Below, one piece after another: positions 29,828 to 39,311 of a DNA stretch of 64,000 bases. Positions within the stretch are counted from its first letter, which is position 1. Every line of letters starts with the position of its first letter. Source of the DNA: an uncultured Gammaproteobacteria bacterium (GTDB taxonomy: Bacteria > Patescibacteriota > Microgenomatia > Levybacterales > GWA1-39-11). The position numbers were made by a program, and so were the translations under genes. Below the pieces are notes generated by a model. It saw only the letters and a list, made by a program, of their open reading frames with translations. It was not told the origin of the DNA and did not search any database. The DNA lies in contig CAYVFE010000001.1 of the NCBI GenBank assembly GCA_964450885.1, positions 65,301-129,300 of the forward strand, given 5' to 3'.

Positions 29828-30394
29828 TTATTGAAGCCATTGCTCGGCCATCTCTCTTTCATAGGCCCTGTCTCCCCACGAGATATAGATTCTTGATGTA
29901 TCTGCTCCCTTTGATTCAAGCCAGTTTAGAACGAGCCCTGCAGCCTCGATAAAAGAATCTCTGTTTAGTTGGTACTGAGGATCGTCATCAGTTGTCCTGT
30001 AATCAACACCAGTGATATAAACTGTCAGTATCCATGGAGTATTCTCCAGTAGGTTGTCAGGAATAGAAATATCAATTAGTAGACCTGTCGATAGCGTATG
30101 GGAGGAAAAGTAGGGGAGGTGCTCCTTGATCTTTTCAAGTTCGGTAATTGACGCCTGTATTGCCTGATCTTCAAGGTCTGCCCCTCCACCTTCCTCGACG
30201 GGTTTTACTGGAATACTTTCAACTTTTTCAGGAAGTTTCTCACCAATATCTCTAATAGGTGAAAGTGTGGGCGTCGGTATGTTGGGCTGAGTAACAGGGG
30301 AGAGGGTTTTTACAATATTTGAAATCATAAAAATAACAAATATAATTCCTAGACAGATTACAATAAAAGCGATTATTAGTTGTTTTTTGCCCAT
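29828..30394 (-). CDS. Membrane-anchored hypothetical protein (T4SS operon)
   Basis: N-terminal TM, PTPT linker; tight spacing in operon. Confidence 0.65.
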   Translation of the reverse strand: MGKKQLIIAFIVICLGIIFVIFMISNIVKTLSPVTQPNIPTPTLSPIRDIGEKLPEKVESIPVKPVEEGGGADLEDQAIQASITELEKIKEHLPYFSSHTLSTGLLIDISIPDNLLENTPWILTVYITGVDYRTTDDDPQYQLNRDSFIEAAGLVLNWLESKGADTSRIYISWGDRAYEREMAEQWLQ

Positions 30395-30398
30395 ATTA

Positions 30399-31652
30399 TT
30401 ACAAATATTTAGATATCCCTAGTATAGCAGAGAGGGTACCAGCTCTCGAATCCAGATAGGGATCCTTGTATCCGTCTCCCGCATATATAACATACATATC
30501 CTCATGCATCGCATCATAAAAATTCATAACATAAGGATTGTCGTCACCGATAAAGCGGGGTGGACAATTCCCAGCAGTTTGTCCCCACGGGGCACCATGA
30601 TGACAGTTTGAATTTCCAGGATAGCCATTGTATCTTGCGAGGCCGTTGGCAACGTCCTCGTAGGTTTGCGGGATTTTTCCTCCTATTTTTCCTTTAAAGT
30701 GTTCTGCTGCATAAACTGCACTATCAGCAAATGTTCTAAATCCGCAACCCCCACCAATTGCTACAGCCTTTCCTGGTGTGTACGTCGAAGTACAGCTTCC
30801 AGCAGGTATATCAGGTTCAACATTGCCTATAGGTCTTCCGCTTACCAGAGATCCGTTAGGGTTAAAGTCTCCTTCTCTGTAGTGAATGCCTGCGAGAATT
30901 TGCCAAGGAAGACCGGTGGCGGCTTCAGCCTCCTGGTAGGCGGCAATTAGATTTGGCAATCCGCGCAATGTGCTCGCTATCTCCTGTTGTTTTGCGTCAC
31001 CCCTACTTGAGGCGCCAGACTGAGGTGGGAGAAGTGTTGCAATATCTCCTCCGGCACCCGCAGCTGTCGTTCTTGCATAGGCCTTCACAGCAAATAATAT
31101 ATCATCCTTGGTGGGTCTTAGTGTTAGTGTGATAGATGTTTGGTTTGTTGGGTTTTCAAGAGGCCAGGATACTGTCCCAGAAGAATTGGTGGAGGCGCCG
31201 CTTGCGGATTCGTAGGTGGCATTTTGTGGTAAATCAAAATAAATGGTTATGCTTTCAAGTGGAACTACTGCGACTACATCATCATACTCGTAGGAAATCG
31301 TATATTGAATCAGTTGGCCATTATCCACAGTGGTTGGGCCAGTGAGGGTTAGGGTGAATCCCTGAATGGGGGGGCGTGTGGGTGCTCCTGCTATGGGGGT
31401 TGGCTCTACCGGGGTTGGCGAGTGATTCAATCCGCTTCCGCTGCCACCTGAGAAGAAAAACATTATTATTATGAAGAAAAACCCACCGACCCCTATCAGA
31501 AGTGGAGCTTTAGAATATACTTGTTTTTTAATAAAGCTCTTTAGCTTCTTTTGAACTAGGGTTTGAGGATAATTGTCCTGACTATTTCTGCGTCTGTTTT
31601 GTCTGGGCGCAGGCGCTTGCTGTTGATTGGGTTGAGGTCTGTTATCGTCCAT
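30399..31652 (-). CDS. Lytic transglycosylase/lysozyme-like protein (VirB1-like) with Ig-like domain
   Basis: TM; AYQEAEAATGLPWQILAGIHYRE and LARYNG lysozyme-fold motifs; follows VirB4. Confidence 0.75.
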   Translation of the reverse strand: MDDNRPQPNQQQAPAPRQNRRRNSQDNYPQTLVQKKLKSFIKKQVYSKAPLLIGVGGFFFIIIMFFFSGGSGSGLNHSPTPVEPTPIAGAPTRPPIQGFTLTLTGPTTVDNGQLIQYTISYEYDDVVAVVPLESITIYFDLPQNATYESASGASTNSSGTVSWPLENPTNQTSITLTLRPTKDDILFAVKAYARTTAAGAGGDIATLLPPQSGASSRGDAKQQEIASTLRGLPNLIAAYQEAEAATGLPWQILAGIHYREGDFNPNGSLVSGRPIGNVEPDIPAGSCTSTYTPGKAVAIGGGCGFRTFADSAVYAAEHFKGKIGGKIPQTYEDVANGLARYNGYPGNSNCHHGAPWGQTAGNCPPRFIGDDNPYVMNFYDAMHEDMYVIYAGDGYKDPYLDSRAGTLSAILGISKYL

Positions 31653-33927
31653 TGTTCAATCCACCAACTCCTGTGTTTTGGTGGCCAGGGTTACTAACCT
31701 GCTGCACGTTTTGAGCTGTACCATTGGACACGTTGGAGCCGCTCGTGGCAGCTGGTTTGGCAAAGTAATTTTCGGACGCATGGTTTTGTGTTTGAAATTG
31801 ACCCTGCGATTCATTGATATTTATCTCAGTTCCTTGCGCCATGGCAGGAGCCGTGGGGGTCATTGAAGCTTGTGGCATAGGTGGGACAGTAGGCGTCTGG
31901 GCAGCAGGTTGCATCACTACAGGTGTCTGCTGGACAGGGGGCGTAGACGGATTTTGATTGATCTGAGTGTTGGGCTGCTGCATCATTTGGCCAGTGTCTG
32001 GCGTCATCGGCTCCGGTTCTGTGGGAGTAGGAGGTATGGAGGCTTCGCTTTGCTGCTCTAAAATGTCTTGTGGTTTTGAGGTTATCAGGTCGTATTCGAA
32101 TTGGGAAGAAATGAATTGTGCAGTGACGTGATTCTGTCCCGCAAACAGAAGTCCCTCTCCCACCTGCGCTGTGAGCAGATACTGTTTTTCTCCTCCAGAT
32201 AGATTTAACGTCTTTGCGAGGGTCTCTACCTCGGAAGATCCCTGTTTCAAAAGTATTTGTATAGAAGAATTCGAAAGAATAGCTTTGCCATAGTCACTTC
32301 CGAGAAAGTCTTCGATGTCTTGTGTTAGAGTTGTTACTCCCAAATAGTATTTTCTAGCCCTTTTCGCGATCCCCTGTAGGAAGGCTGCAGAATCGGGATA
32401 GCGCATCATGTACCAGGCCTCGTCAACTACAAGTATCCTTTTCTTTAGTTTTGTTCTAACTCTTGACCATACGAAGTCCAGAATGACGTGCATAGCGATA
32501 GGACGTAGGACGTCTTCCAGCTGGCGGAGAGAAAAGACAGTCATCTTATTCTGAACATCGTAATTTGTTTGTTGATTAAATAATCCCGCGAAACCTCCCT
32601 TTACATACTTTTCGAGTCTAAATGCGAGCTCTTTTGCCTCCGATTCTTCCATGTTAAGAAGCGTTTTGTATAGATCTTCTAGGATCGGTGGTTCATTCTT
32701 GTATGTTGATGGGTCTGGTGTGATGCCTTTTTGTTTGTAGGACAGGACAAGCGCCCTGTCCATTATGGCTTCTTGCGTTGCGCTCATTTCTCCAAGCATG
32801 GTTTTTAGCAGTCCATGAATAGACAGGATTTTCAAGCTTAGCTGATTTTCGGACACGTCGTCAGAAAGAAGCGCGAAGGGGTTTATTTTTACCTCAGAGT
32901 CTTTTGAGAATGTGATATATTCTCCTCCCAGAGAGTCGCAAAGCGCCTTGTATTCGTCCTCAGGGTCAATGATAATAATTTCTGTGTCAAACATATACTG
33001 GCGCATGAGCTCGAGCTTGACGAGGAAAGATTTTCCAGATCCGGACTTTCCAAATACCACCTCGTTGGCATTTTCCAGAGAAAATCTGTCTACTATAACA
33101 AGCGAATTATTTAATGTGTTGACACCATACAAAATTCCATTCGGATGGGATATTTCGTAGCTCGTGAACGGAAAAGTAGACGCAACCGAGGTCGTATCCA
33201 TATTTCTTGTTATAAGAAGCTTGTCATCTCCTTTTGGAAGCGTTGTTTTGAAACCATCTTCCATTTGAAGCGTCGCGGGTTTTATGACTAGAAGGTTTGA
33301 CGCAAGAAGTGACGTCAGTTCTTTTGTCTTTAAGTTCAGTTCCTCAAGGTTATCTGCAGACAACGTCACGTAGAGCCCAAACTGAAAGAATCTTTCGAGT
33401 CCCCGTGCGAGTTCCTCTCTGAGTGCGACTGCATCTTCTAGAGACGCTTGAATTTTAGGATCTGGGACAATGCCGTTTTGCGCGTCAGATTGCAGCGTCG
33501 CCTCCATTTCCGCTATTTTTCGTCTTAGGTTCGACAGGACGTCCTTGCTTTCGACTGGATACAAAAACATAGAGATATTCATCGTTTCTTTATGGTCGAT
33601 AAGAATCGAAAGCCAGTTGGGGGATACCTGTCGAGGGTAGTCCACGACGAAAAACGTTCTATAGAATTTGTCACTAACCCTTATGTGTCTAAAGTCTACT
33701 TCGACGGATGATGGGGCTATTATGTCGACTATCGAAACAGAACCTTTTCTTAGCTCTTCCATGTGCTTTTGGGGTGCAGGCTTTTTTGCGCCCTTTTGTT
33801 GTGGTGGTGGAGCGGGTTGGGCAGGCGGTGTAGTCTGTCCTGGTTGTTGCGCAGGGGTAGCATTAGGTGCTTGTTGCTGATTTGGCACCTGTTGTTGTGG
33901 TTGTTTTTTATTTCCGATTCCAAACAT
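31642..33927 (-). CDS. virB4: VirB4-like T4SS ATPase
   Basis: Walker A FGKSGSGKS, IIDPEDEY, Walker B LVVDEAW, KRARKY, TQD. Confidence 0.9.
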   Translation of the reverse strand: MFGIGNKKQPQQQVPNQQQAPNATPAQQPGQTTPPAQPAPPPQQKGAKKPAPQKHMEELRKGSVSIVDIIAPSSVEVDFRHIRVSDKFYRTFFVVDYPRQVSPNWLSILIDHKETMNISMFLYPVESKDVLSNLRRKIAEMEATLQSDAQNGIVPDPKIQASLEDAVALREELARGLERFFQFGLYVTLSADNLEELNLKTKELTSLLASNLLVIKPATLQMEDGFKTTLPKGDDKLLITRNMDTTSVASTFPFTSYEISHPNGILYGVNTLNNSLVIVDRFSLENANEVVFGKSGSGKSFLVKLELMRQYMFDTEIIIIDPEDEYKALCDSLGGEYITFSKDSEVKINPFALLSDDVSENQLSLKILSIHGLLKTMLGEMSATQEAIMDRALVLSYKQKGITPDPSTYKNEPPILEDLYKTLLNMEESEAKELAFRLEKYVKGGFAGLFNQQTNYDVQNKMTVFSLRQLEDVLRPIAMHVILDFVWSRVRTKLKKRILVVDEAWYMMRYPDSAAFLQGIAKRARKYYLGVTTLTQDIEDFLGSDYGKAILSNSSIQILLKQGSSEVETLAKTLNLSGGEKQYLLTAQVGEGLLFAGQNHVTAQFISSQFEYDLITSKPQDILEQQSEASIPPTPTEPEPMTPDTGQMMQQPNTQINQNPSTPPVQQTPVVMQPAAQTPTVPPMPQASMTPTAPAMAQGTEININESQGQFQTQNHASENYFAKPAATSGSNVSNGTAQNVQQVSNPGHQNTGVGGLNNGR

Positions 33928-33928
33928 A

Positions 33929-34567
33929 TTAGATTATTACGTTTTTTATATCTTTTGAATCAAAATTTAGATTTATTATGTCGTCGTTTAGGAGCTCATA
34001 AAACACTTTTATAAGTTCCTCGTGAGAAAGCTTTCTGGGAGCAAGCCCCATTCTTTCGATTTGCGACATTACAACGCTCGTCTTGGATAAAAGTGCTGCT
34101 TTTGCCTGATCCCCAAAATTAAGCTTCGCATTGGTCTTGTTGGGTTGAGCGGTGTTAGTTACCCCACCTTCCAGATAGGAGTAGGGAATGACGATATAGA
34201 TTTTTTTGTCCAAAAGTCCTTCTCCTTTAACAAGTTCCTGTATAAACTCCTTGTAGTACAGAAGGTGTTCTTTTATTTGGGGATGTTGGGTTGTTGAGAT
34301 TTTTTTGTCGAGATTGTCTATATAGCCTTCCATGTCGATTTTTTTCGAAACGATAAGTATCTGGATGGCAAAAGAAAGAGAATTGATAAGCGACATATAG
34401 CCATAGACTCTCGCGTTTTGCTCATCAGCAGACAGGAGGAAGAAGTTAACAGAAGACACGTCTATAAGCATGCACGCGCGTTTGTTTTTAAGCAGCACGA
34501 CATCGTCGACTATGTCAACAATTTCTGTGAAGCTTTGTGTTGTTGATTTTATATCTTTTTTCGCCAT
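33929..34567 (-). CDS. T4SS accessory protein between PrgI and VirB4
   Basis: STTQSF..I..I.DDVV.LK, VSSVNFFLLS.DEQ, NSLSFAIQI; position typical of CPR T4SS loci. Confidence 0.7.
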   Translation of the reverse strand: MAKKDIKSTTQSFTEIVDIVDDVVLLKNKRACMLIDVSSVNFFLLSADEQNARVYGYMSLINSLSFAIQILIVSKKIDMEGYIDNLDKKISTTQHPQIKEHLLYYKEFIQELVKGEGLLDKKIYIVIPYSYLEGGVTNTAQPNKTNAKLNFGDQAKAALLSKTSVVMSQIERMGLAPRKLSHEELIKVFYELLNDDIINLNFDSKDIKNVII

Positions 34568-34569
34568 AT

Positions 34570-35655
34570 TTATTGCTGGACGGTGTTTCTGCCAAATAAT
34601 TCCTGTCTGAGCTTTTCTCTTTGATCGGTTGAGATAATTTCAAGTGGCTGGAATATTTCGTTATTCATTTCGATATCAATAGGGCTGAACTCATGAATGC
34701 GTCTGATGTCCTCAAGTAGTATCTGGTAGTTGCCTGCAGGAAGTGGTGTTGCAGATGAAAATTGCCCCAGTGCATTTGTCTTGAATGCTCTTACGGGGTT
34801 CCCTGTAGTATCGATGACCTCGACTATGATATTTGGTAAGACTTTCCCTCTTGCGTCTTTTACGATTCCCAGTACTACATTTGGGGTATCGGGAATCTGC
34901 GGGAAACCACTGGCGATCTGATTTTCTGGCGCGACAGATACTGCAGGAGTAGAGGGCATGCTGACAGTCTCTTGGGGGACAGGGATGGCTGGTGTTTCGA
35001 CTGGAGCAGGCATCGGTTGTTCTGCGACCGGTTCCTGAGCGGGCGCAGGTGTATATGCATCTGCCTTTATGGGCTCTGGGGAGCTGTGTGTTGGTGGTCT
35101 GACGATAACGCTTGGTTTTGTGTCCTCCTGAGGACTGCCAGTGTCGATGCTGCTCATCCCTGTGACTGGTGTCTGGGTATCATTGAATATTCCACTTATG
35201 GCATTTAGCTGGTCGCGTTCCTCCGCGTCAACTTTATAGGATGTGTTTTTTCTTACCAGCTGATTTAAGAGCAGTTGTTTCCTACTATCTTTTTGAGCAG
35301 GAGTGGGGCCGGCTGGAGCTTTCTGCATTTGCTGTGGGATGAAGTAGTCATGTAGGAGCGCTTCAGCACCTTTTTTCCGGAAGATATATCTGTTTTCTGC
35401 TGGTAATGCTTTCAAAAAGTTTATGAGCATAACATCCATTGGACGTCCTTCTATCGGCAGGAATGCAAGTCCTGCACCAAGTGACGCGATGACCATTATC
35501 GCTGGCCATTTGATCAGAAATGATATCGGCATGATGAAAAACACGCCACAAAGCGCCCCAGCTCCGAGGATGTACAGAAACTGTTTTACTGTAATTGAGC
35601 CTATGAGCCGAAATTTGAACCCAGTAACATCTTGAGGTATAGGATGATTTTCCAT
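34570..35655 (-). CDS. PrgI (VirB3-like) family protein with Pro-rich linker and C-terminal beta-sandwich
   Basis: HPIPQDVTGFKFRLIGSITVKQF, two TMs, LAFLPIEGRPMD; GIVKD..G..LPN.IVEV..KTNALGQF. Confidence 0.82.
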   Translation of the reverse strand: MENHPIPQDVTGFKFRLIGSITVKQFLYILGAGALCGVFFIMPISFLIKWPAIMVIASLGAGLAFLPIEGRPMDVMLINFLKALPAENRYIFRKKGAEALLHDYFIPQQMQKAPAGPTPAQKDSRKQLLLNQLVRKNTSYKVDAEERDQLNAISGIFNDTQTPVTGMSSIDTGSPQEDTKPSVIVRPPTHSSPEPIKADAYTPAPAQEPVAEQPMPAPVETPAIPVPQETVSMPSTPAVSVAPENQIASGFPQIPDTPNVVLGIVKDARGKVLPNIIVEVIDTTGNPVRAFKTNALGQFSSATPLPAGNYQILLEDIRRIHEFSPIDIEMNNEIFQPLEIISTDQREKLRQELFGRNTVQQ

Positions 35656-35771
35656 AAATAAGAGCACCACACCATATCGATGTGGTGAATAAAGCGTATA
35701 ACGTGAAAATTTTTAATACAAGCGTATCAGAGTAGAGCAAACTATATGATAATTTGAGGCTAGTGTGAAAA

Positions 35772-37865
35772 TTAAGTAGCTTTACCTATTCCGGTTGCAG
35801 CAACTCCTACAGCTCCAGCGCCAACTGTGGCCACAGCGCCAGCGCCTATAATAGCGATTAGAATATAGATGAGCCATTTCATCTTCGAGTCTGGTTTTAT
35901 CCCGGAGGCCTCAAGGTTCTTTAGGACATTTCCTGCTTCTTTGGATTTTGCCAGGCCGCTTGCGAGTTGTCCTCGGAAGTTTTCCTCAAGCATACGCCAC
36001 TCGTCTTTGCTGAGTCCAAGCTTGTCGCTTCCGGGTACCCAGCCCTTGAGTTTGTCTTTAAGAGTCTTTGAAGCAAAGAAGTCTTTCATGAGTTTATTTC
36101 TGTAAGTGTCTGCATGTTTGTTGTATGCGTCATCAAGCCTCTTTTTTTGCTCTTCAGTAAGCCTATTAAGGTCGATATTCTCATAAGTTTCCCTTTCATA
36201 AAGATCCTCGAAAGCGCCTGGGATTGGATTGCCGCTTGCGTCAAGCTTCGGGATTTGAAGCTGCATCTCACGCAGAAGCAGCCTTTTAAGTCCGTCTTCT
36301 CCTTTATACGCAATGGTGAGCATATCTTCTTGAATTCTCACCGTGCTTACCGATTTTGTTCTGGTCTCTCTGTCAAATTTAATCCAGTTTTCTCTCATCG
36401 ACTCAGCTATCGCCTTGTCATCGGCAGTAATTCCTTCCTTCGCGTCCTTTTCTCGTCCTTTCTCGTCAAGTTCAGCTAGTTGTTCGTAGCGTTTCAAGAG
36501 TACTTCCTGCGCTGATTCTGAGAAGATGTTCTCAACTTCGTCTACCAAATCAGATTCAGCTTGAAGCCTAGCGTTGCGGCTGTCTCTCTCGTTCGTATTT
36601 GGATTCGCTCTTTTATCCGCTATTATCGTGTCTAGTTCTCTAATTCTGACTTGATTTTGGTAAAGCTCAGCAAGCTTTGCGCCTATCTCAGAATTGGCGG
36701 CTCCTGCAGTAGGGTATCTTCTGTCAAAGTCGACGAATTTATCGTAATCGGGACGATTTTGATTTACTGTATTCATCAGAGCATCATATTCGTTGCTAAG
36801 AGTTTCGTATTGGGAATACAGCTTATTGGCGGCATCTACTGCTGCTTGATTCGGAATAGCGTTCTTGTTCATTGTTGTAGGGATTTTCCCCTGATTCCAT
36901 CGTGCAAACGCTTCGTCAGTCCGGTTTTTTAGTTCCGAAATTTTTGAGAACTCAGCGTAGTGGGGCACTTTTTCCACAGTCAATTGGCGAATCTGTCGAA
37001 GAATTTGTTCTGGGGTCGCTCCATTTCCTATCGCATCCTCGATAGCTTTTTTTTCAGCAGGGTCAAGCGGTTGTCCGGTATCCGTCTCGATAGATTTGAC
37101 TATCTGATCGACTCCTTCCTGAGCCTTTGTTTTTGCAGATTTCTGTTCTTTCTCGGCATTCTTTAACTCGTCATCTTTTGCGACTTCTGGCAGCGCTTCG
37201 GCGCGTGCTGACAGCTCTCTAAACTTTGTAGCGATTGTTGTTCTGAGGCCTATTTCCCTGCCCAGGGTTTTTTCGATATATTTCCTTTTGTATTCTGGAT
37301 GCATTGAGGGGTCTGCTAGTTCCGGGAAGAGCGATTTTATATATCCGCTTGAGAGTAAGGCATCAAGCCCGGCTATTCTCTGCCTATCATATTCAGCTGC
37401 GCTTTTGATACTTGTATCACCCCTGGCAACTCTCGATCGGATGGTATCTGGTATGCTGATTCCGGTTCTTTCCGATTCTGCCAGGATGCTTGAGTATTGT
37501 AGAAATGCAGATGCTTGCTCTGCAGCTCTTTTTGCTCTTTCAAAGGACGCCTTTTCTGCAGGAGTTGCATTTGCTTTCGCTTCGACGAGATGGGTTGCTG
37601 GATTCTCTTCGGTTTCCCCAGCTCCGAATTTTAGCTCAAATGCATTTAGCTGAAGTCTACCAAAAGACGTCTCCCTCGTAGTTTCTGATGCCATTTGGAG
37701 ACCTTCTTTACCGCTCTTTCCATCTTTACGGAGCTGTTCTAAGTCCTTTTGGCGTTGAAGCTGCTCTGGGGTTATGCCTGGGAGATTTACGCTAGTGTCT
37801 CCCGCCTGCAGGACTTCTTTTGGTGTAAATTTTGGCGCTTCGGGCGCTGATGTTGCATCCGGCAT
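35772..37865 (-). CDS. Large coiled-coil protein with C-terminal hydrophobic Gly/Ala tail
   Basis: 697 aa, E/K/A-rich; ends WLIYILIAIIGAGAVATVGAGAVGVAATGIGKAT. Confidence 0.75.
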   Translation of the reverse strand: MPDATSAPEAPKFTPKEVLQAGDTSVNLPGITPEQLQRQKDLEQLRKDGKSGKEGLQMASETTRETSFGRLQLNAFELKFGAGETEENPATHLVEAKANATPAEKASFERAKRAAEQASAFLQYSSILAESERTGISIPDTIRSRVARGDTSIKSAAEYDRQRIAGLDALLSSGYIKSLFPELADPSMHPEYKRKYIEKTLGREIGLRTTIATKFRELSARAEALPEVAKDDELKNAEKEQKSAKTKAQEGVDQIVKSIETDTGQPLDPAEKKAIEDAIGNGATPEQILRQIRQLTVEKVPHYAEFSKISELKNRTDEAFARWNQGKIPTTMNKNAIPNQAAVDAANKLYSQYETLSNEYDALMNTVNQNRPDYDKFVDFDRRYPTAGAANSEIGAKLAELYQNQVRIRELDTIIADKRANPNTNERDSRNARLQAESDLVDEVENIFSESAQEVLLKRYEQLAELDEKGREKDAKEGITADDKAIAESMRENWIKFDRETRTKSVSTVRIQEDMLTIAYKGEDGLKRLLLREMQLQIPKLDASGNPIPGAFEDLYERETYENIDLNRLTEEQKKRLDDAYNKHADTYRNKLMKDFFASKTLKDKLKGWVPGSDKLGLSKDEWRMLEENFRGQLASGLAKSKEAGNVLKNLEASGIKPDSKMKWLIYILIAIIGAGAVATVGAGAVGVAATGIGKAT

Positions 37866-37866
37866 A

Positions 37867-38169
37867 TTAGATTGAGTTCAGTTTTTCTCTTGTCGCATCA
37901 AGCGTGCTGGCTTCTTGTTTTTGAGTATCATTATCTTTGTATTTCAGATAAGTATCCTTGTAGACGGGCCATCTGTTTGCCAGGTCTTGCAAGAAAAATA
38001 ACATCGAATCTTCGCTATCTATCTTGTCCAGGGACTCAAGTATAAACTCTGCTGAGAATTGAGAGTCTTCATGTGAGAGGGTGCTTGTTTGAAGACCGGT
38101 AAGTAGAGCGTCATAGAGTTCGTTATAGAGATTATTCTTTTGTTCTTCCGAAACGCTGGTATTGTCCAT
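37867..38169 (-). CDS. Small acidic hypothetical protein (start revised to MDNTS)
   Basis: TATTGT 6 nt before ATG 38169; stop abuts next gene. Confidence 0.6.
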   Translation of the reverse strand: MDNTSVSEEQKNNLYNELYDALLTGLQTSTLSHEDSQFSAEFILESLDKIDSEDSMLFFLQDLANRWPVYKDTYLKYKDNDTQKQEASTLDATREKLNSI

Positions 38170-38209
38170 ATATAAACAATACGTCAAATCTAGTGGTTGT
38201 GTCAACGAA

Positions 38210-38506
38210 TTAGAACGTAGGGTTGGTGATCTGACCGACACCAGTGACTGATGCTATCAGATTGAGAATCGCAAAAGACAGTAGTATAAGAAGAAGTCCG
38301 ATTATCGCATAGGTAAGAGTTTTTTTAGCATTGTCTACCTCCTGTGGGTCACCTTTACTGGTCACGAACTTGAACCCCGCAAAGATTATAAGAAAGAGAG
38401 CGACGACGCCCGCAAAGATAAGCGCCCATTGTACGACATTTTTTATGACTATCGGAACACATCTGAGTGTGGCGACATCGCCTTCAAGACAGGAAGCCCA
38501 TTCCAT
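38210..38506 (-). CDS. VirB2/TrbC-like pilin
   Basis: AGVVALFLIIFAGFKFVTSKGDPQEVDNAKKTLTYAIIGL. Confidence 0.85.
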   Translation of the reverse strand: MEWASCLEGDVATLRCVPIVIKNVVQWALIFAGVVALFLIIFAGFKFVTSKGDPQEVDNAKKTLTYAIIGLLLILLSFAILNLIASVTGVGQITNPTF

Positions 38507-38515
38507 ATAGAGTTA

Positions 38516-38944
38516 TTATTGTATTAATTCGTCGAGACGAGGCAGTGTTAGATTTGTAAGTCCTCCTTCTACTCCAAAAACTGTGAGCAGTACATTTAGG
38601 ATGAAGAAGGAAAGAAAGACTACAACAAGCCCTATGACGGCTGCGATTATCTGATTTCTTGCGGCTTCTACTTTAGAAGAATCTCCAGAAGATGTAATCC
38701 ATTTGATACCGCCTATTATAAGCCAGAGTAGAGCGATTATGACAGCTATGACGAAAAAGACTATGACTATGGCACCTATTACTGCGCCGAAATTCCCGTC
38801 ATTTATTTGACAGACGATATCGAACTGTCCGCCGGGGCAAAGGTTGATTGATGATCCTCCTGGAGGGGTTGAGGTCTGAGCATACGCAAGCTTCGGAAAA
38901 AGAAAGTATAACGGTGAAGAAAGGAGAGCAAATAGTCTTTTCAT
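38516..38944 (-). CDS. VirB2/TrbC-like pilin
   Basis: Signal peptide; LIIGGIKWITSSGDSSKVEAARNQIIAAVIGL. Confidence 0.85.
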   Translation of the reverse strand: MKRLFALLSSPLYFLFPKLAYAQTSTPPGGSSINLCPGGQFDIVCQINDGNFGAVIGAIVIVFFVIAVIIALLWLIIGGIKWITSSGDSSKVEAARNQIIAAVIGLVVVFLSFFILNVLLTVFGVEGGLTNLTLPRLDELIQ

Positions 38945-38990
38945 AAGGTCTTATTAATTGTTATCAGCTTTTATTTCCTTTGTCAAGAAG

Positions 38991-39308
38991 TTATATGAAT
39001 TTGATGCCAAATATTCCGCCGAGGATGTTTATTATCGCAAACGCAAGAAGGGCAACTATCAGTCCCAAAACCGCAAAGATTATCTGTTTTCTCGCCTCAT
39101 CTACTCTTTGAGGGTCACCATTCGACTGAATCCAGCGGATCCCAGCCCAGATAAGATATCCGAGAGAGGCGAGGATCACGACTATCAAAAAAATCTGCAT
39201 TCCTACAGAGATTATCGTCTCAAGAGTATTTGCACCTCCGCCGGGAACGCCATCTGGGGCTTTCACCTCTCCATATCCTGGAATTTGTAGTTGTGCAAGC
39301 TGTTTCAT
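38991..39308 (-). CDS. VirB2/TrbC-like pilin
   Basis: LIWAGIRWIQSNGDPQRVDEARKQIIFAVLGL. Confidence 0.85.
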   Translation of the reverse strand: MKQLAQLQIPGYGEVKAPDGVPGGGANTLETIISVGMQIFLIVVILASLGYLIWAGIRWIQSNGDPQRVDEARKQIIFAVLGLIVALLAFAIINILGGIFGIKFI

Positions 39309-39311
39309 ATT

